Made by a program: the position numbers and the translations under genes. From the NCBI GenBank assembly GCA_045647085.1, contig JAZRLX010000201.1, positions 1 to 42,040 on the forward strand: a stretch of DNA of 42,040 nt. The letters run 5' to 3'. This stretch comes from Pilosibacter sp. (lineage in GTDB: Bacteria > Bacillota > Clostridia > Lachnospirales > Lachnospiraceae). The notes beneath the pieces are model-generated. The model saw only the letters and a program-made list of their open reading frames with translations, made no database searches and was not told where the DNA came from. Shown piece after piece: positions 29,756 to 37,230 of this stretch. Each line of letters begins with the position of its first letter. Position 1 is the first letter of the stretch.

Positions 29756-30961
29756 TTAAATCATGATAATTGAATTTGTAAATTCGTTTTTGGCAGGCTT
29801 TCCTGATTTTAACTGGCTGATCAGGCGGTATAGTTCAGCAGTCTTTAAATGCTTTTCAAACAGATCCAAACGTCCTTCTGATAAGATAGAAGTATAATTT
29901 GCTGTTTTAGTAATCAGTGGCGCAGCTGCATGTTTCTTTAATTCAGAAAGAAGCAGAGATGCATCTTTTCTAAAACCTAGAATGCGAAGCCAAGGAGCAG
30001 AAGAATATTCCTTAAATATGGCAGTATCTGTCTTTGTGATTTCTAACATTGTATTGATCAGACACCGATTGATACGCGTATATGTGTAGTTTCGATCCTT
30101 CCGTTCAGCAACTAGTTTTGAAGCAGAATGGAAATCTAATTTGTGTTTATAGAGTTTCCTTGCAAGATCCTCGGGCATTCCGGAAACCTGAAATAATTGT
30201 TCCAGTGATTTTGTCAAAAGTTTCTCACACAGTAGAAGAGAACAGTCGTCAAATGTGATCGGTGGACATGGATCATCCGACAATGACTGAAAATGCTCAT
30301 CAGGAAGAACTTCTAGAAGAAAATCGAGATCATTTTCCAGGATTGCTTTCCTCGCTGCAGTTGCGGAGGCAAATTTTCCTGCTTTTTCTTCACTGTGGTA
30401 TCCGGGATCGTTTCTTTTTAACGTGATAGGAGTGATTTGAGAACCTATCTTATTTAGGGATTGCAGATATTCAACACCCAGGATATCATTTGGCAGTGAG
30501 GCGACAGTGTTCGATTCTCCAAAGGCATTTGCACGTGCATCCGGCCAGGAAAGACCTGATTTCAAACCGTTTTTTATCTTATTAGAGATTTCTGCGGATT
30601 CCGTCGAGAGTGCATTCGCTTGTTTTTGAAGCAAATCGATATCTCCGGATTCACTTCCGAAAAACAAATGGTTACATATTCCTGTTGCTTCCAGGATATT
30701 TACACCGCATGATGCAAAATCGGGAGCTGATGCAACAGATCCATATACAGGCATTTCCAGAACCAGATCTGCTCCGGCAAGAAGAGCTGCTTTCGCACGG
30801 ACGTATTTCGAATAAATAGCAGGGGTTCCCCTTTGTGTGTAGTCACCGCTCATTACGACGACAAGATAATCACAGCCGGTGATTTCTTTGGCTTTTTCAA
30901 GATGATATTTATGGCCATTATGAAACGGATTGTATTCTGCAATAATACCGGTTGTTTTCAT
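29756..30961 (-). CDS. tmcAL: tRNA(Met) cytidine acetate ligase (YlbM/UPF0348 HIGH nucleotidyltransferase)
   Basis: GIIAEYNPFHNGH, MSGDYTQRG, FGSESG, PNDILG.EY, SATAAR, RILGF; AAAGAGGT RBS before ATG 30961. Confidence 0.9.
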   Translation of the reverse strand: MKTTGIIAEYNPFHNGHKYHLEKAKEITGCDYLVVVMSGDYTQRGTPAIYSKYVRAKAALLAGADLVLEMPVYGSVASAPDFASCGVNILEATGICNHLFFGSESGDIDLLQKQANALSTESAEISNKIKNGLKSGLSWPDARANAFGESNTVASLPNDILGVEYLQSLNKIGSQITPITLKRNDPGYHSEEKAGKFASATAARKAILENDLDFLLEVLPDEHFQSLSDDPCPPITFDDCSLLLCEKLLTKSLEQLFQVSGMPEDLARKLYKHKLDFHSASKLVAERKDRNYTYTRINRCLINTMLEITKTDTAIFKEYSSAPWLRILGFRKDASLLLSELKKHAAAPLITKTANYTSILSEGRLDLFEKHLKTAELYRLISQLKSGKPAKNEFTNSIIMI

Positions 30962-31045
30962 TAGAACCTCTTTCTTCAATAATATAAATACTTAGAAAAA
31001 TATATAAATAATATATAATAAATATAAGATTTCTTCAATATTGAA

Positions 31046-31074
31046 TTGTTATCTGTAAAAAACTGTGATATACT
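31046..31074 (+). promoter_or_regulatory. sigma-A promoter for the darA-like gene
   Basis: TTGTTA-17 bp-TG-n-TATACT. Confidence 0.65.
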
Positions 31075-31173
31075 ATTCACAAAGTTGCAAAGCAATATGG
31101 TAATCAGATAAAGCGATAGGATAGCCGATTGTCTGAAGAAAGAACATTATGAAAGATAGAAAGGATTGATTGT

Positions 31174-31506
31174 ATGAAACTGATTTACGCGATTGTACGT
31201 TATGATAATGAAGATGAGGTTGTAAGTGCTCTTACCAAACAGCATTTCAGTATTACAAAGCTTAATACAACCGGTGGTTTCCTGAGAAAAGGAAATACAA
31301 CATTGATGATCGTTACTGAAGATGAGCATGTTCAGGAATGTATCGATATTATTAAAAAAGAATGCGGCAAACGTCAGAAGATTACGATCAATATGCCGTA
31401 TATCTCCGGTGCTGCTATGATGAACTATGCGACTATGCCGACAACAGTTGAAGTAGGCGGAGCGACAATCTTTGTAACAAATGTTGAGCATTTTGAGAAA
31501 ATTTAA
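31174..31506 (+). CDS. darA: cyclic-di-AMP receptor, PII-like (DarA/PstA/DUF970)
   Basis: MKLIYAIV, TKLNTTGGFLRKGNTT, VEVGGATIFV hallmark motifs; 110 aa. Confidence 0.9.
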   Translation: MKLIYAIVRYDNEDEVVSALTKQHFSITKLNTTGGFLRKGNTTLMIVTEDEHVQECIDIIKKECGKRQKITINMPYISGAAMMNYATMPTTVEVGGATIFVTNVEHFEKI

Positions 31507-31517
31507 TAAAGTACATA

Positions 31518-31547
31518 GACTCCGGGGTATTTATGCTCCGGAGTTTC
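31518..31547 (+). terminator. intrinsic terminator after darA
   Basis: GACTCCGGGGTA..TGCTCCGGAGTT stem with a short U tail. Confidence 0.65.
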
Positions 31548-31563
31548 ACTATGTTTACCAAAT

Positions 31564-31581
31564 TTGTTTAAGAAATAACAA
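31564..31581. promoter_or_regulatory. candidate Rex operator upstream of pta-ackA
   Basis: TTGTTTA-AGAA-ATAACAA, 2 mismatches to the clostridial Rex consensus TTGTTAA-N4-TTAACAA. Confidence 0.6.
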
Positions 31582-31620
31582 GAAGTATGAAAAAAAATGC
31601 AATAATTTGTGAAATGTTAC

Positions 31621-31649
31621 TTGTATCAGTTATTTGACTGAGATATAAT
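31621..31649 (+). promoter_or_regulatory. sigma-A promoter for pta-ackA
   Basis: TTGTAT-17 bp-TATAAT. Confidence 0.75.
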
Positions 31650-31701
31650 AGAAATACGTATGAAACCATTTTTAAATGGAAATAGGAAGGGAGTAATTAT
31701 C

Positions 31702-32706
31702 ATGGCATTCATTGATCTTATGAAAGAAAAAGCAAGAAGCAACAAAAAGACTATTGTTCTTCCGGAAGCAGAAGACAAGAGAACTTTAGTTGCAGTTGAA
31801 AAAATTATGGAAGAGGGCACAGCTAACCTGATCCTCCTTGGCAACGCAGAGAAAATCGCTGCTGACGCGAAAGAGTTCGGCGCAAACATCGAAGGCGCTG
31901 CAATCGTTGATCCGGCTACAGATGCTAACTTCAACAAATATGCTGAGACTCTTTATGAGTTAAGAAAGAGCAAAGGCATGACTCTTGAGAAAGCTCAGGA
32001 GACAATTACAAAAGACCTTATCGCATACGGTATCATGATGGTTAAACTTGGTGATGCTGACGGCCTTGTAGCTGGTGCTTGCCACTCTACAGCTGACACA
32101 TTAAGACCGGCCCTTCAGATCTTAAAGACAGCTCCGGGCACAGAGTTAGTATCCGGTTTCTTCATTATGGACGTTCCGAACTGCGAGTACGGTGAGAACG
32201 GCACATTCCTTTTCGCTGACTGTGGTCTTAACCAGGATCCGAACGCTGCTGAGCTCGCTGCAATCGCTAACAGCTCCGCTGCAAGCTTCAAGGCTCTTAC
32301 AGGCGCTGAGGCTAAGATCGCTATGCTTTCTCACTCCACAATGGGCAGTGCGAAACACGCTCTTGTTGATAAAGTTGCAGAAGCTACAAAGATCGCAAAA
32401 GAGAAATATCCGAACATCAAAGTTGATGGTGAGTTACAGTTAGACGCTGCTATCGTTCCGTCTGTTGCTGCATCCAAAGCAAAAGGAAGCGAAGTTGCTG
32501 GTCAGGCTAACTGCCTTATCTTCCCGAACCTTGACGCTGGTAACATCGGTTACAAACTGGTTCAGAGACTTGCAAAAGCAGAAGCTTACGGCCCGATGTT
32601 ACAGGGTATCGCTAAACCGGTTAACGATCTTTCCCGTGGTTGCTCCGCTGAGGATATCGTAGGTGTAGTTGCTATTACAGCTGTTCAGGCTCAGATGGCT
32701 AACTAA
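31702..32706 (+). CDS. pta: phosphate acetyltransferase
   Basis: IVLPE, FADCG, DGELQLDAA, FPNLDAGNIGYK, PVNDLSRG; AAGGGAG RBS before ATG 31702. Confidence 0.96.
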   Translation: MAFIDLMKEKARSNKKTIVLPEAEDKRTLVAVEKIMEEGTANLILLGNAEKIAADAKEFGANIEGAAIVDPATDANFNKYAETLYELRKSKGMTLEKAQETITKDLIAYGIMMVKLGDADGLVAGACHSTADTLRPALQILKTAPGTELVSGFFIMDVPNCEYGENGTFLFADCGLNQDPNAAELAAIANSSAASFKALTGAEAKIAMLSHSTMGSAKHALVDKVAEATKIAKEKYPNIKVDGELQLDAAIVPSVAASKAKGSEVAGQANCLIFPNLDAGNIGYKLVQRLAKAEAYGPMLQGIAKPVNDLSRGCSAEDIVGVVAITAVQAQMAN

Positions 32707-32775
32707 TCAAGATCAATTTTGAACTGAATCACAACACAAATATTATTTATTTAAATATTAAGGAGAATAAAACCA

Positions 32776-33966
32776 ATGAATATTTTAGTAATTAACTGCG
32801 GAAGCTCTTCTTTAAAGTATCAGCTCATCAACTCCGAAACAGAGGCAGTTCTTGCAAAAGGTCTCTGCGAGAGAATTGGTATCGAAGGCAGCGTTATCAC
32901 ATATCAGCCGGCTAACGGTGAAAAAGAAGTAACAGAGTCCCCGATGCCGACACATACACAGGCTATCCAGCTGGTACTTGATGCTCTTACAAACGAGAAA
33001 TCCGGCGTTATTAAGAGCCTTGCAGAAGTAGGCGCTGTAGGTCACCGTGTAGTTCACGGCGGCGAGAAGTTCACATCCTCCACACTGCTCACAGCAGAGG
33101 CTATGGCAGCGATCGAAGAGTGTAACGACCTTGCACCGCTTCATAACCCGGCAAACCTTATCGGTATCCGTGCTTGTCAGGAATTAATGCCGAACGTACC
33201 GATGGTAGCTGTATTCGATACTGCTTTCCATCAGACAATGCCGGAAGAAGCTTACCTTTACGGCCTTCCGTACGAGTACTATGAGAAACATCAGGTAAGA
33301 AGATACGGTTTCCACGGCACATCCCACAGCTACGTTTCCAAGAAAGCTGCTGAGCTTGCCGGCAGACCGTACGAAGAGATGAAGACAATCGTATGCCACC
33401 TTGGTAACGGTGCTTCCCTCTCCGCTGTTAAATATGGTAAATCCGTAGATACATCCATGGGATTAACTCCGCTTGAGGGTCTTATCATGGGTACACGTTC
33501 TGGTGACATGGATCCGGCTATCATGGAGTACATCGCTAAGAAAGAGAACCTTGATATCGCAGGCGTTATGAACGTTCTGAACAAGAAATCCGGTGTTCTT
33601 GGTGTTTCTGGCGTATCCAGCGACTTCCGTGATCTTGAGAACGCAGCAGCTGAAGGCAATGCACGTGCAGCAAAAGCTCTTGCAGCTTACAACTACCGTG
33701 TAGCTAAATACATCGGTTCCTACGTTGCAGCTATGAACGGCGTTGACGCTATCGTATTCACAGCAGGTCTTGGTGAGAATGGTAAGTCCACAAGAAAAGA
33801 TATCTGTGCATACCTTACATTCCTTGGCATCGAGATCGATGATGAGGCTAACGGCGTAAGAGGTAAAGACATCGTGATCTCCACACCGGACTCCAAAGTT
33901 CAGGTTATGGTTATCCCGACAAACGAAGAGCTTGCTATCGCAAGAGAGACACTTGCTCTTGTTTAA
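32776..33966 (+). CDS. ackA: acetate kinase
   Basis: [48 protein letters not shown]. Confidence 0.98.
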   Translation: MNILVINCGSSSLKYQLINSETEAVLAKGLCERIGIEGSVITYQPANGEKEVTESPMPTHTQAIQLVLDALTNEKSGVIKSLAEVGAVGHRVVHGGEKFTSSTLLTAEAMAAIEECNDLAPLHNPANLIGIRACQELMPNVPMVAVFDTAFHQTMPEEAYLYGLPYEYYEKHQVRRYGFHGTSHSYVSKKAAELAGRPYEEMKTIVCHLGNGASLSAVKYGKSVDTSMGLTPLEGLIMGTRSGDMDPAIMEYIAKKENLDIAGVMNVLNKKSGVLGVSGVSSDFRDLENAAAEGNARAAKALAAYNYRVAKYIGSYVAAMNGVDAIVFTAGLGENGKSTRKDICAYLTFLGIEIDDEANGVRGKDIVISTPDSKVQVMVIPTNEELAIARETLALV

Positions 33967-34004
33967 TCTTTAACTAAAAATGGTTTAATTCATATGTAAA
34001 ATAT

Positions 34005-34041
34005 CGGCCTGTTCCGGTTCTCCGGGACAGGCTGTATTATT
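34005..34041 (+). terminator. terminator-like hairpin after ackA
   Basis: CGGCCTGTTCCGG-TTCT-CCGGGACAGGCTG then TATTATT. Confidence 0.7.
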
Positions 34042-34065
34042 GAATAATGATCGAAATCTTTCCAG

Positions 34066-34094
34066 TTGCAAAAGCAGAAAGAATAAGATACAAT
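34066..34094 (+). promoter_or_regulatory. upstream promoter P1 for yceD-rpmF
   Basis: TTGCAA-17 bp-TACAAT. Confidence 0.55.
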
Positions 34095-34152
34095 AGGTTG
34101 TGTATCGGATAAAAAATGATACAAAAATATAGTAAAAAATAAAAAATAGTTG

Positions 34153-34181
34153 TTGACAAAAAGTACCTGTATATGTATAAT
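34153..34181 (+). promoter_or_regulatory. consensus promoter P2 for yceD-rpmF
   Basis: perfect TTGACA-17 bp-TATAAT preceded by A-tracts (UP element). Confidence 0.9.
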
Positions 34182-34208
34182 TACTAGGTGCGTATTAGGA
34201 GAGATAAT

Positions 34209-34736
34209 ATGCTGATTAATTTATCTGAAGTATTTACTCTGGAAGGTAAGGAAAAAACCTGGGAAGTACCGTATGAAGCAAAAACATACGAAGGAGCTGA
34301 CGGGGAATATCCGGTAGTGTCTTCCGAGCCAATCACGATCACTGTAAAGAATCTTGGGAACAGGAAACTTGAAGTGACCGGAGGTGCAAAAGTAACACTT
34401 GCAATTCCGTGTGCCAGATGTCTCGAACCGGTAGAGTATACCAGCGAGCTGGAGTTTGACCAGGAGTTGGATATGAAGGTTTCTGACAATGACAGGGTGA
34501 AAAATTTAGATGAACAATCTTATTTAACTGGCTATAATCTGGATGCAGACCAACTGGTGGATAATGAGCTTTTGCTGAACCTGCCGATGAAGGTGCTGTG
34601 CAAGGAAGATTGCAAAGGGATTTGTAACAAATGTGGAGCAAATCTTAATGTAAATACTTGCGACTGCGATACAAGGTCGCTTGATCCGAGGATGGCAGTT
34701 ATCCAGGATATTTTTAAACAGTTTAAGGAGGTGTAA
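34209..34736 (+). CDS. DUF177 / YceD (YlbN) family protein
   Basis: CARCL, LCKEDCKGICNKCG, DPRMA; directly before rpmF; AGGAG RBS before ATG 34209. Confidence 0.92.
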   Translation: MLINLSEVFTLEGKEKTWEVPYEAKTYEGADGEYPVVSSEPITITVKNLGNRKLEVTGGAKVTLAIPCARCLEPVEYTSELEFDQELDMKVSDNDRVKNLDEQSYLTGYNLDADQLVDNELLLNLPMKVLCKEDCKGICNKCGANLNVNTCDCDTRSLDPRMAVIQDIFKQFKEV

Positions 34737-34738
34737 CC

Positions 34739-34921
34739 ATGTCTATCTGTCCAAAGAATAAATCTTCTAAAGCAAGAAGAGACAGCCGTAGAGCAAACTG
34801 GAAGATGAGCGCTCCGAACTTAGTAAAGTGCAGCAAGTGTGGCGAGTTAATGATGCCGCACAGAGTGTGCAAAGCATGCGGTAGCTACAACAAGCGCGAA
34901 ATCGTTAAGGTTGAGGCTTAA
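34739..34921 (+). CDS. rpmF: 50S ribosomal protein L32 (zinc-binding C+ form)
   Basis: PKNKSSKARRDSRR, CSKC..PHRVCKACGSY; AAGGAGGTG RBS. Confidence 0.96.
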   Translation: MSICPKNKSSKARRDSRRANWKMSAPNLVKCSKCGELMMPHRVCKACGSYNKREIVKVEA

Positions 34922-34932
34922 TTATGAATTTT

Positions 34933-34971
34933 GAAGACGGGTTTTCTGAAAAAGAAGAATCCGTCTTTTTT
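34933..34971 (+). terminator. intrinsic terminator after rpmF
   Basis: GAAGACGGGTTTTCT...AGAATCCGTCTTT with a T tail. Confidence 0.75.
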
Positions 34972-34978
34972 CAAAACA

Positions 34979-35007
34979 TTGACTTTAGGAGTGTAAAGTG
35001 ATAAAAT
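34979..35007 (+). promoter_or_regulatory. distal promoter for the plsX operon
   Basis: TTGACT-17 bp-TG-n-TAAAAT. Confidence 0.75.
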
Positions 35008-35106
35008 ACCAAAGGCGCAAATGTGGAATTTATTAGATAATTCGTAGAACCATATACACGATTAGCATTGTATACAAATGAGAGATTGAAATTTGGTAAA
35101 AACCTA

Positions 35107-35135
35107 TTGATTTTGTACATCGTATCTAGTATGAT
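35107..35135 (+). promoter_or_regulatory. proximal promoter for the plsX operon
   Basis: TTGATT-17 bp-TATGAT. Confidence 0.55.
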
Positions 35136-35168
35136 TATTGATAGATTTAGACAGGGAGTAAAAGACAG

Positions 35169-36185
35169 ATGATCAAAATTGTAGTAGACGCCATGGGCGG
35201 TGATAATGCACCGGCTGCGCAGGTGCAGGGTGCTATTGAAGCTGTCAATGAGCGAAAAGATATACAGGTGATCCTGGTTGGTAAAGAGGATGTCATTAAG
35301 AATGAACTGACCAAATATAAATATAACAGTGAGCAGATTTCTGTTGTACACGCCAGCGAAGTGATCGAAACAAGTGAACCACCGGTAAATGCGATCCGTA
35401 GAAAGAAAGATTCCTCCATCGTTGTTGGAATGAATCTTATTAAAAACGGAGAAGCCGATGGATTTGTTTCCTCCGGAAGTACAGGTGCCTTACTTGTAGG
35501 CGGTCAGGTAATCGTCGGAAGAGTTAAGGGTGTTGATCGTGCACCGCTTGCACCATTGATCCCAACAGAAAGTGCCAAAGGCTTTTCTTTATTGATCGAT
35601 TGCGGTGCAAATGTAGATGCGAGACCGAACCATTTAGTTCAGTTTGCGAAGATGGGTTCTATTTACATGGAACATGTGATGGGAATCAAGAACCCGAAAG
35701 TTGCGATTGTCAATAATGGTGCAGAAGAGGAAAAGGGAAATGCACTTGTGAAAGAAACATTCCCTCTCTTAAAAGAATGCGATGATATTAATTTCATCGG
35801 AAGCATTGAAGCAAGAGATATTCCAAGCGGTTATGCAGATGTTATCGTTTGTGAAGCATTTGTTGGTAATGTGATCCTGAAAATGTACGAAGGTGTTGCG
35901 TTAACACTTCTTGCTAAAGTCAAAAAGAGTCTTATGTCTTCTCTTAGAACAAAAATCGGTGCGGTATTGATCAAGCCGGCGTTAAAAGAGACATTAAAGA
36001 GTTTTGATGCAAGCAACTTAGGTGGTGCTCCGCTTCTGGGTCTGAAAGGACTTGTGGTTAAGTGCCATGGCAGTTCCACTTCCATTGAAGTAAAGAACTC
36101 GATCATTCAGTGTATTTCCTTTAAGGAACAGGCGATCAACGAAAAAGTTGGTGAATGTCTTGCTCCGAAGGATAATATAAATTAA
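35169..36185 (+). CDS. plsX: phosphate acyltransferase
   Basis: VDAMGGDNAP, RRKKDSS, SGSTGA, DCGAN, GNVILK, GGAPLLG, KCHGSS. Confidence 0.96.
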   Translation: MIKIVVDAMGGDNAPAAQVQGAIEAVNERKDIQVILVGKEDVIKNELTKYKYNSEQISVVHASEVIETSEPPVNAIRRKKDSSIVVGMNLIKNGEADGFVSSGSTGALLVGGQVIVGRVKGVDRAPLAPLIPTESAKGFSLLIDCGANVDARPNHLVQFAKMGSIYMEHVMGIKNPKVAIVNNGAEEEKGNALVKETFPLLKECDDINFIGSIEARDIPSGYADVIVCEAFVGNVILKMYEGVALTLLAKVKKSLMSSLRTKIGAVLIKPALKETLKSFDASNLGGAPLLGLKGLVVKCHGSSTSIEVKNSIIQCISFKEQAINEKVGECLAPKDNIN

Positions 36186-36232
36186 ATTAGAATTTAGATT
36201 CAACTAATTTTAAATCAGAGAGGATGGAAATT

Positions 36233-36463
36233 ATGGAGTTTGAAAAATTACAGCAGATTATCGCAGAGGTGCTCAATATCGATCCGGAAGAAATCACAAT
36301 GAACACCACATTCGTAGATGATTTAGGAGCTGACTCCCTGGATGTATTCCAGATCGTGATGGGTATCGAAGAGGAATTCGATATTGAAATCCCGACTGAG
36401 GCAGCTGAGAAGATCGTTACAGTAGGCGATGCAGTAGAACAGATCAAAAACGCTTTAAATTAG
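36233..36463 (+). CDS. acpP: acyl carrier protein
   Basis: DLGADSLD phosphopantetheine site, EEEFDIEIP. Confidence 0.96.
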   Translation: MEFEKLQQIIAEVLNIDPEEITMNTTFVDDLGADSLDVFQIVMGIEEEFDIEIPTEAAEKIVTVGDAVEQIKNALN

Positions 36464-36534
36464 TCAATCCTGTGGAAAGTAAGGTGTCTCCCTGTGGTGA
36501 CACCTTGTTTTCCATTTATGATGAGGTGGAAGAA

Positions 36535-37218
36535 TTGGATACAAAATTAAAGGAACTTCAGGATACCATTGGTTATTCCTTTAAAAATGATCGACTTCTG
36601 AGTCATGCGTTGACACATAGCTCTTATGCTAATGAAAAGCATTGGGATAAGACAAAGTGTAATGAGCGTTTGGAATTCTTAGGTGACGCGGTTCTGGAAC
36701 TTCTTTCCAGTGACTTCTTATTTAAGAATTATCCAACGATGCCGGAAGGTGAGATGACAAAGCTTCGTGCGAGTCTGGTTTGCGAACCGACGTTGGCGTT
36801 TTGTGCAGAAGCAATCTCTCTTGGAGATTATTTGTATTTAGGAAAAGGTGAAGATCTGACAGGGGGAAGAAAGCGTCCGTCTGTTGTTTCTGATGCTATG
36901 GAAGCAATGATAGGCGCGATATATCTTGATGGTGGTCTTGCTAATGCAAAAGAGTTTGTTCTTCGTTTTATTTTAAATGACATTGAACATAAACAGCTCT
37001 TTTATGATAGCAAAACTATCTTACAGGAGATGGTACAGGCAGAATTCAAAGACAGCTTGGTTTATGAACTTCTGAAAGAAGAGGGACCGGACCACAATAA
37101 GACTTTTGTTGTGTGTGTGAAGATTGGCGGTCGTGTGATCGGTCGCGGTGTTGGACGCACGAAGAAAGCCGCAGAACAGGTGGCTGCATACCACGGTATC
37201 TGTGAATTGAAAAAATAG
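36535..37218 (+). CDS. rnc: ribonuclease III (probable TTG start)
   Basis: ALTHSSY, NERLEFLGDAVL signature, C-terminal dsRBD (GPDH, KKAAEQ); GAGGTG RBS 6 nt before TTG 36535. Confidence 0.95.
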   Translation: MDTKLKELQDTIGYSFKNDRLLSHALTHSSYANEKHWDKTKCNERLEFLGDAVLELLSSDFLFKNYPTMPEGEMTKLRASLVCEPTLAFCAEAISLGDYLYLGKGEDLTGGRKRPSVVSDAMEAMIGAIYLDGGLANAKEFVLRFILNDIEHKQLFYDSKTILQEMVQAEFKDSLVYELLKEEGPDHNKTFVVCVKIGGRVIGRGVGRTKKAAEQVAAYHGICELKK

Positions 37219-37230
37219 GAATTTATTAGC

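Noticed and set aside
31147-31491. 114-aa antisense ORF over darA, and similar antisense or alternate-frame ORFs (e.g. 23777-24232, 24977-25381, 18681-19085, 7083-7478)
   Set aside because: They lie on or mostly overlap well-supported genes, with no recognisable motifs; treated as shadow ORFs.
34940-34954. CodY-like box GGTTTTCTGAAAAAG
   Set aside because: Four mismatches to AATTTTCWGAAAATT, and it is part of the rpmF terminator hairpin.
36472-36534. N-terminal extension of RNase III in the ORF track
   Set aside because: It spans the intergenic hairpin and lacks an RBS; TTG 36535 has a GAGGTG RBS and gives a normal length.
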